A stretch of 61,601 nucleotides of DNA from Gemmatimonadaceae bacterium (GTDB lineage Bacteria; Gemmatimonadota; Gemmatimonadetes; Gemmatimonadales; Gemmatimonadaceae), in contig JBGAJQ010000025.1 of the NCBI GenBank assembly GCA_044224875.1, forward strand, positions 1 to 61,601, written 5' to 3'. Under the pieces are notes generated by a model. The model searched no databases. It was not told the origin of the DNA and saw only the letters and a list, made by a program, of their open reading frames with translations. Below are positions 1-10,101 of the stretch, in pieces. The translations under genes and the position numbers were made by a program. Position 1 is the stretch's first letter, and each line of letters opens with the position of its first letter.

Positions 1-130
1 GTTCGTCGACCACTCGTGTGGCGCCAGGTGGCGCCGCCGGTGGTGTGCGAACGTCGCTCTTGAAGATCCACGGATGGCCACCCTCCCAGCGCGCAGCGCC
101 CTTGGCGCTCACGACCGTCGTCGGATACAC
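1..130 (-). CDS. RlmI-like class I SAM-dependent rRNA methyltransferase, N-terminal part (runs off window)
   Basis: Own translation from GTG at 130: MYPTTVVSAKGAARWEGGHPWIFKSDV...; GHPWIF is typical of the RlmI PUA-like N-terminus. Confidence 0.65.
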   Translation of the reverse strand, partial: MYPTTVVSAKGAARWEGGHPWIFKSDVRTPPAAPPGATRVVDE

Positions 131-132
131 GG

Positions 133-1200
133 CTAGCGTCTGGTTCGTGGTCCGGTCGGCGCGGAGCCGGCGCGCAAGGACTTTCCGGTGCTCTCTGCCA
201 CCGCGCGCAACCGTGCAGCGCGCGCGGCCGCCTTGATTTCGGCGATGGCACGCGCGTGCTCGGCAAAGGTCTTCCGAAACTCATGATGCCCGTCGGCGGC
301 CGCAACGAAGTACAGGTAGGGAACGTCGGCTGGGTGAAGGGCGGCGTCGATACTTGGCGTGCCGGGTGAAGCGATGGGGCCCGGCGGCAGTCCCTTGTAC
401 TTGTAGGTGTTGTACCTGGAGTCGACTTCCAGATCCTTGAACAGCACGCGGGACACGTGCCGGCCCAGCGCGTATTGCACCGTGGGATCCGCCTGCAGCA
501 GCATGCCCTTCTTGAGGCGATTGTGGTACACCGCCGAGATCACCGGGCGTTCCTCGGGAACCTTGGCTTCCTTCTCGATGATGGCCGCGAGCGCGAGAAT
601 GTCGTTGCGGGTCATGGCCAGCGCTCGCGCGCGATCGTCCCACTCGGGCTTCCACCGCTTCTCGAATTCGTTCACCATGATCCGCACGGCGCCGCGCGCC
701 GTGGTCCCGACGGGGAACAAGTAGGTCTCGGGGAAGAGATATCCCTCGATGGTAGGTGTCGGAACGTTCAGCCGGTGCCGGAGTGCCGTGTCACGCACCG
801 CCACCTCTACGGACTCCACCGGCAGGTTCAACACACGCGCCAACTGCGGGACGATCTGGACCAGCGACCATCCTTCGGGGATCGTCATGCCGCGCACCAT
901 GCCGCGGCCGTTGGCAATGGCGTCGAGAATGCGATTCCAAGACGCCCCACGTCGAAGGAGATAGGTGCCGGCCTTCACGTTGCGGTCGCGCCCGCGCAGG
1001 GACGCATAGGTGCTGAACACACGCGGCATGGATACCAGGCCCTTCGCCGCCAGGGATTCGGCCGCCCAGCTGAATGGAGCTCCCGCCGGAATCGTCACGC
1101 GCACCGGTGGTCCCGAGCCGTTGCCGCCCCAGCAGGCGACACTCGACGCTGCCACCAAGGCAGCGATCGCGACGGTCGCCCGTTGAAGGCTACTTCGCAT
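133..1200 (-). CDS. mltG: Endolytic transglycosylase MltG (YceG family)
   Basis: TIPEG, EGYLFPETY, LAAIIEKE, LQADPTVQY, YNTY..GLPPGPI motifs; start placed at ATG overlapping ruvX stop. Confidence 0.93.
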   Translation of the reverse strand: MRSSLQRATVAIAALVAASSVACWGGNGSGPPVRVTIPAGAPFSWAAESLAAKGLVSMPRVFSTYASLRGRDRNVKAGTYLLRRGASWNRILDAIANGRGMVRGMTIPEGWSLVQIVPQLARVLNLPVESVEVAVRDTALRHRLNVPTPTIEGYLFPETYLFPVGTTARGAVRIMVNEFEKRWKPEWDDRARALAMTRNDILALAAIIEKEAKVPEERPVISAVYHNRLKKGMLLQADPTVQYALGRHVSRVLFKDLEVDSRYNTYKYKGLPPGPIASPGTPSIDAALHPADVPYLYFVAAADGHHEFRKTFAEHARAIAEIKAAARAARLRAVAESTGKSLRAGSAPTGPRTRR

Positions 1201-1606
1201 GGCGCAGGGCATGTTGCAGCAGCACCGTGGCCGCCAGGGCGTCGACGTCTCCTTTCCTGCCTGCTGTTGAACCACCCATCGCCTGAACTGCCCGCAACGC
1301 CGCGGCCGTGGTGAATCGTTCGTCAACGAGTTCCACGGGATATCCGGTACGCTTCGTCAGCTCGCTCGCCACCGCGCGCACTTCTACGCAACGTGGCGTT
1401 TCGTTGCCGTCACCATCCAACGGCAATCCCAACACGAAGGCTGTTGCATCCAGCTCCGTCGCGTGTTCGATCAACTTGGCGATGGGCGGACGCTTTCCCG
1501 GGCGACGCACGATGTGTCCAGCGGGAGATGCAATCATCCGCAGTGGATCACTCACGGCCAACCCGATCCGTTTGTCCCCGTAGTCGATCGCGAGGATGCG
1601 TGACAT
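1190..1606 (-). CDS. ruvX: YqgF/RuvX pre-16S rRNA nuclease / Holliday junction resolvase-like
   Basis: ILAIDYGDKRIGLAVSD, VDERFTT, DALAATVLLQ. Confidence 0.95.
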   Translation of the reverse strand: MSRILAIDYGDKRIGLAVSDPLRMIASPAGHIVRRPGKRPPIAKLIEHATELDATAFVLGLPLDGDGNETPRCVEVRAVASELTKRTGYPVELVDERFTTAAALRAVQAMGGSTAGRKGDVDALAATVLLQHALRHAK

Positions 1607-1613
1607 GCGGGCG

Positions 1614-2861
1614 CTAACCCTGCGTCATGAGCGTGAAGAACTCACGATTGGTCTTCGAGCGCTGGATCTGCTTGATCAGGAAGGCGATCGAATCCTCCGG
1701 TGGCATGTCGGCGAGGAAGGTGCGCAGCAGGAACACGCGGTTCTGTTCTTCCTGGTTCAGCAACAACTCCTCGCGGCGCGTGCCGGACTTGTTGATGTCG
1801 ATGGCGGGATAGATGCGCCGGTTCCCGATGTCGCGGCTGAGCACGAGTTCCATGTTGCCCGTGCCCTTGAACTCCTCGAAGATCACCTCGTCCATGCGCG
1901 AGCCCGTCTCGATCAATGCCGTCGCAACGATCGTCAGTGAGCCACCGCCGGCGATCTTGCGCGCGGCGCCGAAGAACTTCTTTGGCTTCTGCATGGCGCT
2001 GGCATCGAGACCGCCCGACAGGATCTTGCCGGACTGCGGTATCACGTTGTTGTGCGCACGAGCGAGCCGAGTGATGGAGTCCAGCAGGATCACCACATCC
2101 TTGTTTGCCTCGACGAGTCGACGTGCCTTCTCGATCACCATTTCGGCGACCTGCACATGTCGCTCCGCGGTCTCATCGAAGGTGGAGCCAATGACTTCGG
2201 CGCCGGGAACGTTTTCTCGGAAGTCCGTGACCTCCTCGGGGCGCTCATCGATCAACAGCACGATGAGGTACACCTCGGGGTGATTCGCCGCGACGGCGTT
2301 GGCCATCTTTTGGAGCAGGATGGTCTTTCCCGCGCGCGGTGGCGCAACAATCAGCCCGCGCTGTCCCTTGCCGATCGGGGCGATGAGGTCAACGATGCGC
2401 ATGCTCACATCGCCGTCTTCAAGCCGCAGACGCTGGTCCGGGTATACGGGCCGCAGGTTGTCGAAGGCGGGACGCTTGACGTCAGCGACGGGGGCATCTC
2501 CGTTCAACGTCTCCAATCGCAGGAGAGCCAGATACTTCTCCCACGGCTTTGGCGGCCGGACCTGCCCCGTGATCGTGTCACCGGTGCGCAGGTCAAAACG
2601 TTTGATCTGAGACGGTGACACATAGATGTCGTCAGGACCGGGCAAATAGTCCCAATCCTGCGTACGCAGGAATCCATATCCCTCCGAAAGAAGCTCGAGC
2701 ACGCCCTCGGCTCGCAGGACTTCGCCTTGCTCGAGCAGGCGCTGTTCGATCCGAAGGATCAGATCCTGCTTTCTGAGCCCGGAGATTTCGGGGAGCTGGT
2801 ACGAGTCGGCGAGCGCCATGAGCTCGCCGATCGAGCGCCGTTTGAGTTCTACGATTTCCAC
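1614..2861 (-). CDS. rho: Transcription termination factor Rho
   Basis: [54 protein letters not shown]; start estimated at GTG 2861. Confidence 0.97.
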   Translation of the reverse strand: MEIVELKRRSIGELMALADSYQLPEISGLRKQDLILRIEQRLLEQGEVLRAEGVLELLSEGYGFLRTQDWDYLPGPDDIYVSPSQIKRFDLRTGDTITGQVRPPKPWEKYLALLRLETLNGDAPVADVKRPAFDNLRPVYPDQRLRLEDGDVSMRIVDLIAPIGKGQRGLIVAPPRAGKTILLQKMANAVAANHPEVYLIVLLIDERPEEVTDFRENVPGAEVIGSTFDETAERHVQVAEMVIEKARRLVEANKDVVILLDSITRLARAHNNVIPQSGKILSGGLDASAMQKPKKFFGAARKIAGGGSLTIVATALIETGSRMDEVIFEEFKGTGNMELVLSRDIGNRRIYPAIDINKSGTRREELLLNQEEQNRVFLLRTFLADMPPEDSIAFLIKQIQRSKTNREFFTLMTQG

Positions 2862-2942
2862 GCGTGGGGGTCTGGCGACCGAGGGGATATGCCCGCGCAC
2901 GCGACGGTGGTCGAACGAGTCGCGGCGGGGGCGGGGATCGCA

Positions 2943-3016
2943 TGCGCGAGGCGGGATTCGAACCCACGACCTTCGGCTCCGGAGGCCGACGCTCTATCCA
3001 GCTGAGCTACTCGCGC
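2943..3016 (-). tRNA. tRNA-Arg(CCG)
   Basis: Cloverleaf GCGCGAG..., anticodon arm TCGGC-CT-CCG-GA-GCCGA, GGTTCGAATCC T-loop; no encoded CCA. Confidence 0.95.
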
Positions 3017-3194
3017 GGAGGGCTACCGGGTTCCGACGGGCGCCGGGGCCGGGGGGGCCTACCTACAGAGCCGTAGGTTAACGGCCTCCAGAGTTTGAGA
3101 CAAGGCGCGGCATGTGCCGATACTCATCCAGTGGGAGGACTCCTCCCCGGGGCACGCCTGTGCCTCTCGACCCCTGACTACGGAATTCCACAGC

Positions 3195-4460
3195 GTGTCC
3201 TCGCCAACGACTGCGACTCCCACGGCCCTTGTCGACATCTTCGTCGCCCGGCAGCCGATCTTCGACGCGAATGGCAACGTCTATGCGTATGAGCTGCTCT
3301 ATCGGCGAAACAGCGCGGCTACGCACGCGGAAGGCGAAACCGCGGAGGCGATGGCCGCCGAGGTGCTGGTTCACTCCTTCCTGAATATCGGCGTCGACCG
3401 GCTCACCGGGGGAACGAGGGCGTTCCTGAATTTCACCCGAGAGATGTTGGTCCACGGAGTGTACCAGTTGTTCAATCCGAAAGAGGTCGTGATTGAGCTG
3501 CTGGAGTCGGTGCATCCGGACGCCGAGGTCAACGCCGCGGCAGAGGCACTGGTGAAGGCGGGCTACACCCTGGCGCTCGACGACTTCGAGTACTCACCGG
3601 CGCACGAGCCGCTCCTGAAGCTCGCGAAGATCGTAAAGCTCGATGTGCTCAACAAGTCGCCGGAGGAGCTGGGACGACTGGCGACCCAGTTCAAGTCGCG
3701 CGGCCTGCAAGTCCTGGCGGAACGTGTCGAGACGGCCGAAGTGCAGAAGCTGTGTGCCTCGTTAGGGTACACACTGTATCAAGGGTACTACTTCTCCAAG
3801 CCGGAAGTCCTGGCCAAGCGCGACCTGTCCGCGGGCCAAATGACGATCTTGCGACTCATGAACCAGCTGCGCGACGTGGAGTCGTCGGACACGAAGCTTG
3901 AGGAATCCTTCAAGACGGACGTGTCGCTCACCTACAAGCTGCTCCGCGCCGTGAACTCGGCGGCATCTGGGGGGCGGGGGATCGAATCCATTCGCCATGC
4001 GGTGCGGCTGGTGGGGCGTGCCGAACTGCACAAGTGGCTGGCGTTGCTCCTGGTGTCATCAGTGTCTGGGGCGGGGGGGACGGGCGAGGAACTCGTGCAC
4101 ACCGCCATCCGCCGCGCGCGGATGTGTGAACTGATCGCCATGGATCGCGGCGACAAGCGTGGAGCGGAGGCGCTGTTCATGGTGGGGCTCTTCTCGCTCC
4201 TCGACGCCATCCTCAAGATGCCGATGTCGGAGCTGCTCGACCGCATCGACCTGGCCACCGAAGTACGACGCGCACTGCTGGTCCGGAGCGGGCCCTTTGC
4301 CCCGACGCTGGCGTTGGTGGAAGCGTACGAGCGCGGGGCCTGGGATGTTGCGACTGGCGAGGCGTCGTTACTCGGGATCCCGGCGCAGGTCGTGTCTGAC
4401 CTGTACATCGCCTCGCTGGCGTGGGCCCGGCAGCAGATCCAAAGGGCCGGCGAGGAGTGA
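3195..4460 (+). CDS. EAL + modified HD-GYP (HDOD) domain protein, YuxH/PdeH-like c-di-GMP phosphodiesterase
   Basis: VARQPIFD, YELLYR, ALDDF, LAERVET, YQGYYFSKP, then HDOD (DVSLTYKLLRAVNS, FMVGLFSLLDAIL); start uncertain (3114-3195). Confidence 0.88.
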   Translation: MSSPTTATPTALVDIFVARQPIFDANGNVYAYELLYRRNSAATHAEGETAEAMAAEVLVHSFLNIGVDRLTGGTRAFLNFTREMLVHGVYQLFNPKEVVIELLESVHPDAEVNAAAEALVKAGYTLALDDFEYSPAHEPLLKLAKIVKLDVLNKSPEELGRLATQFKSRGLQVLAERVETAEVQKLCASLGYTLYQGYYFSKPEVLAKRDLSAGQMTILRLMNQLRDVESSDTKLEESFKTDVSLTYKLLRAVNSAASGGRGIESIRHAVRLVGRAELHKWLALLLVSSVSGAGGTGEELVHTAIRRARMCELIAMDRGDKRGAEALFMVGLFSLLDAILKMPMSELLDRIDLATEVRRALLVRSGPFAPTLALVEAYERGAWDVATGEASLLGIPAQVVSDLYIASLAWARQQIQRAGEE

Positions 4461-4540
4461 ACGCTCGCCGCCGCACGGCGGGCAGGGGCGGCGCGGGTCT
4501 TCGCGCTTCCCCTAGCGGGGGCCGGTCCGGCTCGCGGCGT

Positions 4541-5386
4541 TCAGTCAGCGCCCGCGGGCGAGCCTTTCGTCGAGAGGCGGTCCTCGAGTTGCTCGATGGA
4601 CGGGGTCTCGGGCGGTGTCACGAACGGCAGCCGGATGGAGATGCGGCGGTTCGAGGGATTCAGCGGATCGGCCGGATACTTGAGCTGACGATCGGCGAGC
4701 CCATTGACCTCGACGATGCGCTTGTCCGGGAAGCCGTCGGCGATCATGATCCGTCGCGCCGCGTTGGCACGGTCCGCCGATAACTCCCAGTTGGTGTAGT
4801 TCGTTCGCGAGTACGGAGCGGCGTCGGTATGCCCCTCGATGATCACCGGGTTCTCGAGCATTTGCAGCTCGTCCGTGATGATCTCGAGGGCCGTCTTGCC
4901 CGCCGACTTCATGTCGGCCGAGCCAAACGGGAAGAACGTATCGCCATGTTCGTCCTCGATCAGTTCAATCCGCAGTCCCTCGGCAGTGATGGTGACCTCG
5001 ACGCGCGCCTTCAGGCCGCCGGCGAGCGTCAGCGAATCCACCCGCTCCTTGATGTGGACGCTGGCGGCCGAGAACTGTTGCTGCTGCAGCTTGCGGGATG
5101 CCAGCTCGATCGCGTCGCGCTTGATGGACGCCGGCGATGCGCCGGCGGACAGGGGCGATGCCCCGGCCGAGTAGCCTTTCTTGAAGCCGACCGGATTGGA
5201 GAAGTAGCCCTCGATCGCCTTGCGCAGGTTTTCGTCCATGCCAAGGATCCACATGACCATGAAGAACGCCATCATGGCCGTGACGAAGTCGGCGTAGGCA
5301 ACCTTCCAGGAGCCCCCATGGTGTCCATGGCCTCCCTTGGCCTTCTTCTTCACGATGATGATCTTGCTGCCGCCACCTTTGGCCAC
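4541..5386 (-). CDS. motB: Flagellar stator MotB
   Basis: GGSWKVAYADFVTAMMAFF TM with catalytic Asp; OmpA-like IEGHTD...NWELSADRA...NRR. Confidence 0.96.
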   Translation of the reverse strand: MAKGGGSKIIIVKKKAKGGHGHHGGSWKVAYADFVTAMMAFFMVMWILGMDENLRKAIEGYFSNPVGFKKGYSAGASPLSAGASPASIKRDAIELASRKLQQQQFSAASVHIKERVDSLTLAGGLKARVEVTITAEGLRIELIEDEHGDTFFPFGSADMKSAGKTALEIITDELQMLENPVIIEGHTDAAPYSRTNYTNWELSADRANAARRIMIADGFPDKRIVEVNGLADRQLKYPADPLNPSNRRISIRLPFVTPPETPSIEQLEDRLSTKGSPAGAD

Positions 5387-5527
5387 GACGTATTCCTTGT
5401 ATCGTTAGGTTCATCCTGAGCGCTGGTGCACCCGCATTCCCGCTACCCCCACCCGTTCTTGATCGTTTCCATCACGCGCGACCGCGGCATCGCGCCACGC
5501 TCCCCGGCGCCACGGTCAGGCCCGACG

Positions 5528-6385
5528 TTAGGCTGCCTTCCTTCTGGTCAATCCTTCCAGTTCGGCGAACGACGGCCGATCGGCCGGTTCGATGCTGCGA
5601 CGTGCGAATTCCACACAGGTCATTGGCGCATCGCCCCGGGCAAACGACAACAGCGCCGTGCGAATGACGGACATGTAGGCTCCCTCGGCGCGCTGTCGCA
5701 CCTCGATGGCCCCAGCCAGCGGGCCGATCATCCCGTAGGAAAGCAGGATGCCGAGGAACGTTCCAACGAGCGCCGCGCCAACCTTCTCACCGATTTCCGA
5801 AGCGGCGCCGCCGATGGCGCCCATGGTGATCACGACGCCGAGCACGGCCGCCACGATCCCGAATCCCGGCATGGCGTCGCCCACCTTGGTGAGCGCGTTC
5901 GGGATCTGGTGTTCTTCCTCGTGCTGACGCTCGAGGTCAACGTCGAGAATCTCGGCCAAGTGGTGATCCTCCACCGCGCCCGTCAGCAGCACCTTTAGCG
6001 TGTCGCACAGGAACACCAACGCGTGATGGTGATGTGTGAAGGTCGGATACTTCGTGAAGATGGCGCTCTTGTGCGGTTCTTCGATGTGCGCCTCGAGCGC
6101 GATCAGGCCGTCCTTTCGAGCCGTCTGAAAGACTTCATACAGCACCTGCAACAACTCGCCATATGCCTTCTTGTTGAACGGGTTCGGCTTCAGCAGTCCG
6201 AGCAATCCGCTCACGGCGCCCTTCAGGACCGTCGGCGGGTTGGCAATGATGAACGATCCCAGGCCCGCGCCACCGATGATCAGGAACTCGGTCGGCTGCC
6301 ACAGTACTTCCAGCCGGCCATGGTGGGCCGTGTAGCCGACCACCACGCTGGCGAGAACTACGACTAGACCAATGAGCTGGAACAC
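5528..6385 (-). CDS. motA: Flagellar stator MotA
   Basis: WQPTEFLIIGGA, ARKDGLIALE, DAMPGFGIVAAVLG, GAALVGTFLGILLSYG. Confidence 0.96.
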   Translation of the reverse strand: MFQLIGLVVVLASVVVGYTAHHGRLEVLWQPTEFLIIGGAGLGSFIIANPPTVLKGAVSGLLGLLKPNPFNKKAYGELLQVLYEVFQTARKDGLIALEAHIEEPHKSAIFTKYPTFTHHHHALVFLCDTLKVLLTGAVEDHHLAEILDVDLERQHEEEHQIPNALTKVGDAMPGFGIVAAVLGVVITMGAIGGAASEIGEKVGAALVGTFLGILLSYGMIGPLAGAIEVRQRAEGAYMSVIRTALLSFARGDAPMTCVEFARRSIEPADRPSFAELEGLTRRKAA

Positions 6386-6440
6386 GCGTCGATGAGTTGA
6401 GGCAGGAAGTGAAGTGGCCTATGGGCCGGCCACATCATAA

Positions 6441-6468
6441 GTATCGACGGGTGACGGACCGGACTGAA
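6441..6468 (-). promoter_or_regulatory. Putative sigma-28 promoter for motAB
   Basis: TTCAG-N15-GTCGATAC on minus strand, same spacing as the other four sigma-28 sites. Confidence 0.6.
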
Positions 6469-6497
6469 AAGCGCGCAATTCGCGGCGCGGTCACGGT

Positions 6498-6734
6498 TTA
6501 GACGGGCTCCGACTCCTGCTTTGCCACGCCCAGCCACTCGGGGGCCCGCGCTGGGGCGCCCGCGCGCCGATTTTCGGCCGCGATTTGAGCCACAATCTCC
6601 TCGCGGACGATACTGACGTGATTCGGCGCCTCGATTCCGAGTCGCACGCCGCGACGGTCGCAGGCAAGCACCACCACGCGAATGCCACCTTCGATGACGA
6701 TGGCGTCTCCAGGGCGACGGCTCAGAATCAGCAT
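6498..6734 (-). CDS. csrA: Carbon storage regulator CsrA
   Basis: MLILSRRPGDAIVI...VRLGIEAP..VSIVREEI. Confidence 0.93.
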   Translation of the reverse strand: MLILSRRPGDAIVIEGGIRVVVLACDRRGVRLGIEAPNHVSIVREEIVAQIAAENRRAGAPARAPEWLGVAKQESEPV

Positions 6735-6738
6735 GTAC

Positions 6739-8199
6739 TCACACCATCTCAATGAGTGACTGCATCATCTCGTCCACCGCATTCACGATGCGCGTCGCCG
6801 CCACATACGCCTGCTGATACTGCATCATTCGCGTCAGCTCTTCGTCGATGGAAACGCCGGACACCGCCGTCCGTCGATGGTCGGACTGCGTGGCCAAGGT
6901 GTCGAAAACGGTGTGCTGTCGGTCGGCGTCGGCGACTTGCACGCCAAGGTCCGATACGGTCTCGCGATAGTGTTCGCCGTAGGTGGTGCCAACCGCAAAC
7001 CCGATTTGCGTCGCGAAGTTGGCGCCCATTCGCACACGCAGCGCATCCATCCCGCTGTCGTCGCGCAGAGCGCCTATCGCCAGCGCGATGGAGTTGTTGC
7101 CGGGTGCGTTTTGCACGTCGCCAGATGCAATCACGGTGGCGTCGGCCAGCACCTCATCCGAAAGCCGCATGGTGCCCGCCGTGAGTGATGCGGCATCGAA
7201 GAAGTTGACCCGCGAACCCGTCGGTCCGTTGGCCGGGTTCCAATTCGAGTTGCCTAACGCGTCGCCGGCCGCTGTCCAGCCAGCGGCGTGGTACTCGTTG
7301 ACGCCGTTCACCAAGCCGCGTGCCAGTTCGTCCAGCTTGCCCTGGATCCCCGCCGCGTCCACGTTGATGAAGTCCAACATCGACGCCAGCGGCCCGGTCA
7401 CATTGATCAGCGGGTCCGCATCGCCCACCAGCCCGATCGTGAGCGTCGACCCGGGGCGCACTTCGACCGGTTTCGATGCATTCCCTGAGACGATGGCCAT
7501 GCCGCCGATGTAAATCGACAGGCTGCCATCGGCTTGCGGTTCCGCGCGCGAAACCCCTAACGCTGCCATCTGGTCGGCCAGCTTGTCGCGGGCATCGCGC
7601 AGGTCTGGGGCCTGGTTGCCCGAGGCCTCGGCGGCGTTGATCTCGCCATTCAGCGTGGCGATGCGCGTGGCCAGTGAATTCACCTCGTCGACGGCAGACG
7701 CGAGTCGGTCGCGTGTACGACTGACCAGTTCGTTCAGGCGCGTGGTATACGAGTTGAAAGTGTAAGCGACTTGCGCGCCACGCTGCTTGACCACGCCCTG
7801 CATCACCGGATTGCCGGGATTGTTGGACAGGTCCGACCACGAATTCCAGAAGGCGTCCAGAGAGGCGGCGAGCGATCCTTCCGAGGGTTCATTGAAGATC
7901 CCCTCAATTTCCGACAACAGGTCGTGCCGCATGCCGAAACCTTCGGTGCTCGACGTGTCGCGCCTGAATGAGCCATCGAGCAAGGCGTCTCGGGCGCGCG
8001 TGACGTCCGCAATGCTGACGCCGGTGCCGAGTGAACCGAAGGGCAGCACCAGCGGGTAGTTCGGCTGCATTTCCACGCGTTGTCGCGAATAGCCTTCGGT
8101 TTGCGCGTTCGCGATGTTGTGCGAGACGACCTGCATGGCCGCCTGTTGGGCGGCGATGGCGTTGCGGGCAACGCTGAGGACATTCCCGAAGGTCGACAT
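6739..8199 (-). CDS. flgK: Hook-associated protein FlgK
   Basis: HNIANAQTEGYSRQRV N-terminus; SGVSIDEE...YQQAYVAA C-terminus. Confidence 0.96.
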   Translation of the reverse strand: MSTFGNVLSVARNAIAAQQAAMQVVSHNIANAQTEGYSRQRVEMQPNYPLVLPFGSLGTGVSIADVTRARDALLDGSFRRDTSSTEGFGMRHDLLSEIEGIFNEPSEGSLAASLDAFWNSWSDLSNNPGNPVMQGVVKQRGAQVAYTFNSYTTRLNELVSRTRDRLASAVDEVNSLATRIATLNGEINAAEASGNQAPDLRDARDKLADQMAALGVSRAEPQADGSLSIYIGGMAIVSGNASKPVEVRPGSTLTIGLVGDADPLINVTGPLASMLDFINVDAAGIQGKLDELARGLVNGVNEYHAAGWTAAGDALGNSNWNPANGPTGSRVNFFDAASLTAGTMRLSDEVLADATVIASGDVQNAPGNNSIALAIGALRDDSGMDALRVRMGANFATQIGFAVGTTYGEHYRETVSDLGVQVADADRQHTVFDTLATQSDHRRTAVSGVSIDEELTRMMQYQQAYVAATRIVNAVDEMMQSLIEMV

Positions 8200-8720
8200 C
8201 AGACTCTCCGGTTGACGATGCGAGCCGGGCCGTGCTGCGGAGCGCCCAGGCTTTCGCCATAACCGATGGTGGGCGGCACCGTTCCCGTCAGCGCGCGAAC
8301 GTACGCGTCGCCAGCGGTGAGGGACTCGCGGAGCACCTGACGGTTGACGTTCACTTCGTTGGCCAGCTGCCGCGCGTGGTCGGACAACTTTCGGCTGGCG
8401 GTACGGAGCGCCGCCGGGGCGGCATCTCCCATCACCTCGAGCAGGTCCCGCAAGGGAATGTCCTCAGCGAATCCGAGGCAGACGTTGATGGTACGGCGGC
8501 GCTTGCGCGATTCGCCTAGCGTGGAAAGCACGCGTTGCAGGGCGTACACCGAATCCTCGACGCCTTGCAGGTCCTCAGCGGCCACCGACGCTCGTTGGCG
8601 CAGCATGATGGCGGTCAGCTCCTCAACCAGGCGAAGTTCCGTCTGCAAGGAGTCAACCAGGCTATTCACGAGGGCGTTGCCCTGGGCCGCCTGGCCGGCT
8701 GGCACGAGTTGGTTCGCCAT
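8199..8720 (-). CDS. flgN: FlgN-like export chaperone
   Basis: Helical ~173 aa protein between flgJ and flgK with N.vN..l motif. Confidence 0.75.
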   Translation of the reverse strand: MANQLVPAGQAAQGNALVNSLVDSLQTELRLVEELTAIMLRQRASVAAEDLQGVEDSVYALQRVLSTLGESRKRRRTINVCLGFAEDIPLRDLLEVMGDAAPAALRTASRKLSDHARQLANEVNVNRQVLRESLTAGDAYVRALTGTVPPTIGYGESLGAPQHGPARIVNRRV

Positions 8721-9028
8721 CACCGTGGCTCCGTCGTGGAGGAAGGGGACGCGAGCGCCGCGCGTAGCTGACGGACGAGCGATTCGCCAATGCCGTGCTT
8801 CCACTGATTGGGCGCCAATTCCGCCATGTGTTCGTCCATCATGCTCGTAAACATGTCCTCGCCAGCGCCGCCATCGATGGCGCCGTCGTGTGAGACGGTT
8901 TCGCGCATGGCCTTGAAGATCTGCTGGACAAAGACGCCTTCGAGCTGACGGCCGACGCGCCGCAGGCCCGCCTCATCGTTCGAGGGCATGGTGGCGTCGC
9001 GGGTCCCGATGCGTCCGATGCCGGTCAT
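8720..9028 (-). CDS. flgJ: Short FlgJ (rod-binding domain only)
   Basis: QLEGVFVQQIFKAMRETV...EDMFTSMMDEHMA...GIGESLVRQL; no muramidase domain. Confidence 0.85.
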   Translation of the reverse strand: MTGIGRIGTRDATMPSNDEAGLRRVGRQLEGVFVQQIFKAMRETVSHDGAIDGGAGEDMFTSMMDEHMAELAPNQWKHGIGESLVRQLRAALASPSSTTEPR

Positions 9029-10101
9029 CGTGCCACCACCTCGGCGGCGATCGCGCCCGCCTGTCTCAGGGCCTCGAAGATCTGTGCGACCTGGGCGGCG
9101 GGGGTCCGCACGGCCTGGAGCGCCGCGGCCAGGTCCTGCACGGTGGCGCCGGTCTGCAGGCGCAACGCGCCGGGTTCCTTCCGCGTGGAGTCCGATGGCG
9201 TGCTACGGCCGATCGTCAGCGTGATGCCGCCGACCGATACCACACCAGGGCCGAGCGTGAGGTCGCCGCCAGCAACAACGGTTCCTTGCCGGGTATCAAT
9301 AACGATGCGTCCGACGCGTGTCGGCTCCACTCGGAGTGCATTGATGGTGGCCAACTGCGCGGCGGCCTCGCCGTCCTTGAGCGTGAGGGCCACGCTCCCG
9401 GGATCCTCGACCGTGGCCGCTCCCTTGCCCACCACGCTGTCGATGACCGCCGCGATACGCGAGGCGGTGCCAATGTCGGGCTCTCGCAGCAAGAGACGCG
9501 TGGACGAGCTTTGCTTCGGGTGCGGGAGGTCGTCCTCGACAATGCCGCCCGATGCGATGCGCGCGCTTCCTTCGATGTACGCATAGCGCCGTCGGGTGGA
9601 CATCGGCTGGTCGTCCACGATGACGGTGCCTTGCGCCGTGGCCACGGGCTGTCCGCCAGCTTCGGCGATCAATGGCGTCATCCACAGTACGCCGCCGCGC
9701 AGGCTGCGCGCGTCACCCACCGAGGCGACCTGCACCTCGAACCGGCCGCCAGCCCGCAGGTACGGTGAAACTTCCGCCGTCACCAGCACGGCCGCGACGT
9801 TGCGCGTGCGCAGGAGTTCCGGCGGCACCGTGATGTCGAACCGCTTGAGCAGGTTGGCGACGGATTGCACGGTGTGGCCGGAGTTGCGGCCCGTACTGGT
9901 CTGGTCGCCCGTCCCTGAGAGGCCGGTGACGAGCCCGTACCCCACCAGGCGCACGGGTACGTTCTGGTCGGCGATGACGAGGTCGTGAATGGGAACGCCC
10001 TGCGCCAGCAGGGAGGCCGGCGCAGGGAGCAGGAGGAACGCGGTGGCAACCGCCGAGCCTAACGAGAGGCGGCGGGCCCACGGCGGAGCACTTCGCGTCA
10101 T
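9025..10101 (-). CDS. flgI: P-ring protein FlgI
   Basis: LVGYGLVTGLSGTGD, NVAAVLVTAE, SVGDARSLRGGVL. Confidence 0.94.
   Translation of the reverse strand: MTRSAPPWARRLSLGSAVATAFLLLPAPASLLAQGVPIHDLVIADQNVPVRLVGYGLVTGLSGTGDQTSTGRNSGHTVQSVANLLKRFDITVPPELLRTRNVAAVLVTAEVSPYLRAGGRFEVQVASVGDARSLRGGVLWMTPLIAEAGGQPVATAQGTVIVDDQPMSTRRRYAYIEGSARIASGGIVEDDLPHPKQSSSTRLLLREPDIGTASRIAAVIDSVVGKGAATVEDPGSVALTLKDGEAAAQLATINALRVEPTRVGRIVIDTRQGTVVAGGDLTLGPGVVSVGGITLTIGRSTPSDSTRKEPGALRLQTGATVQDLAAALQAVRTPAAQVAQIFEALRQAGAIAAEVVAR

Noticed and set aside
3017..3110. Possible c-di-GMP riboswitch upstream of the EAL-HDOD gene
   Set aside because: Only a small hairpin is present; the GEMM core motifs are not recognisable
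5387..5527. 141-nt motA-motB gap as an ncRNA or small ORF
   Set aside because: No convincing structure or ORF; only GGA motifs and two copies of the iterated motif
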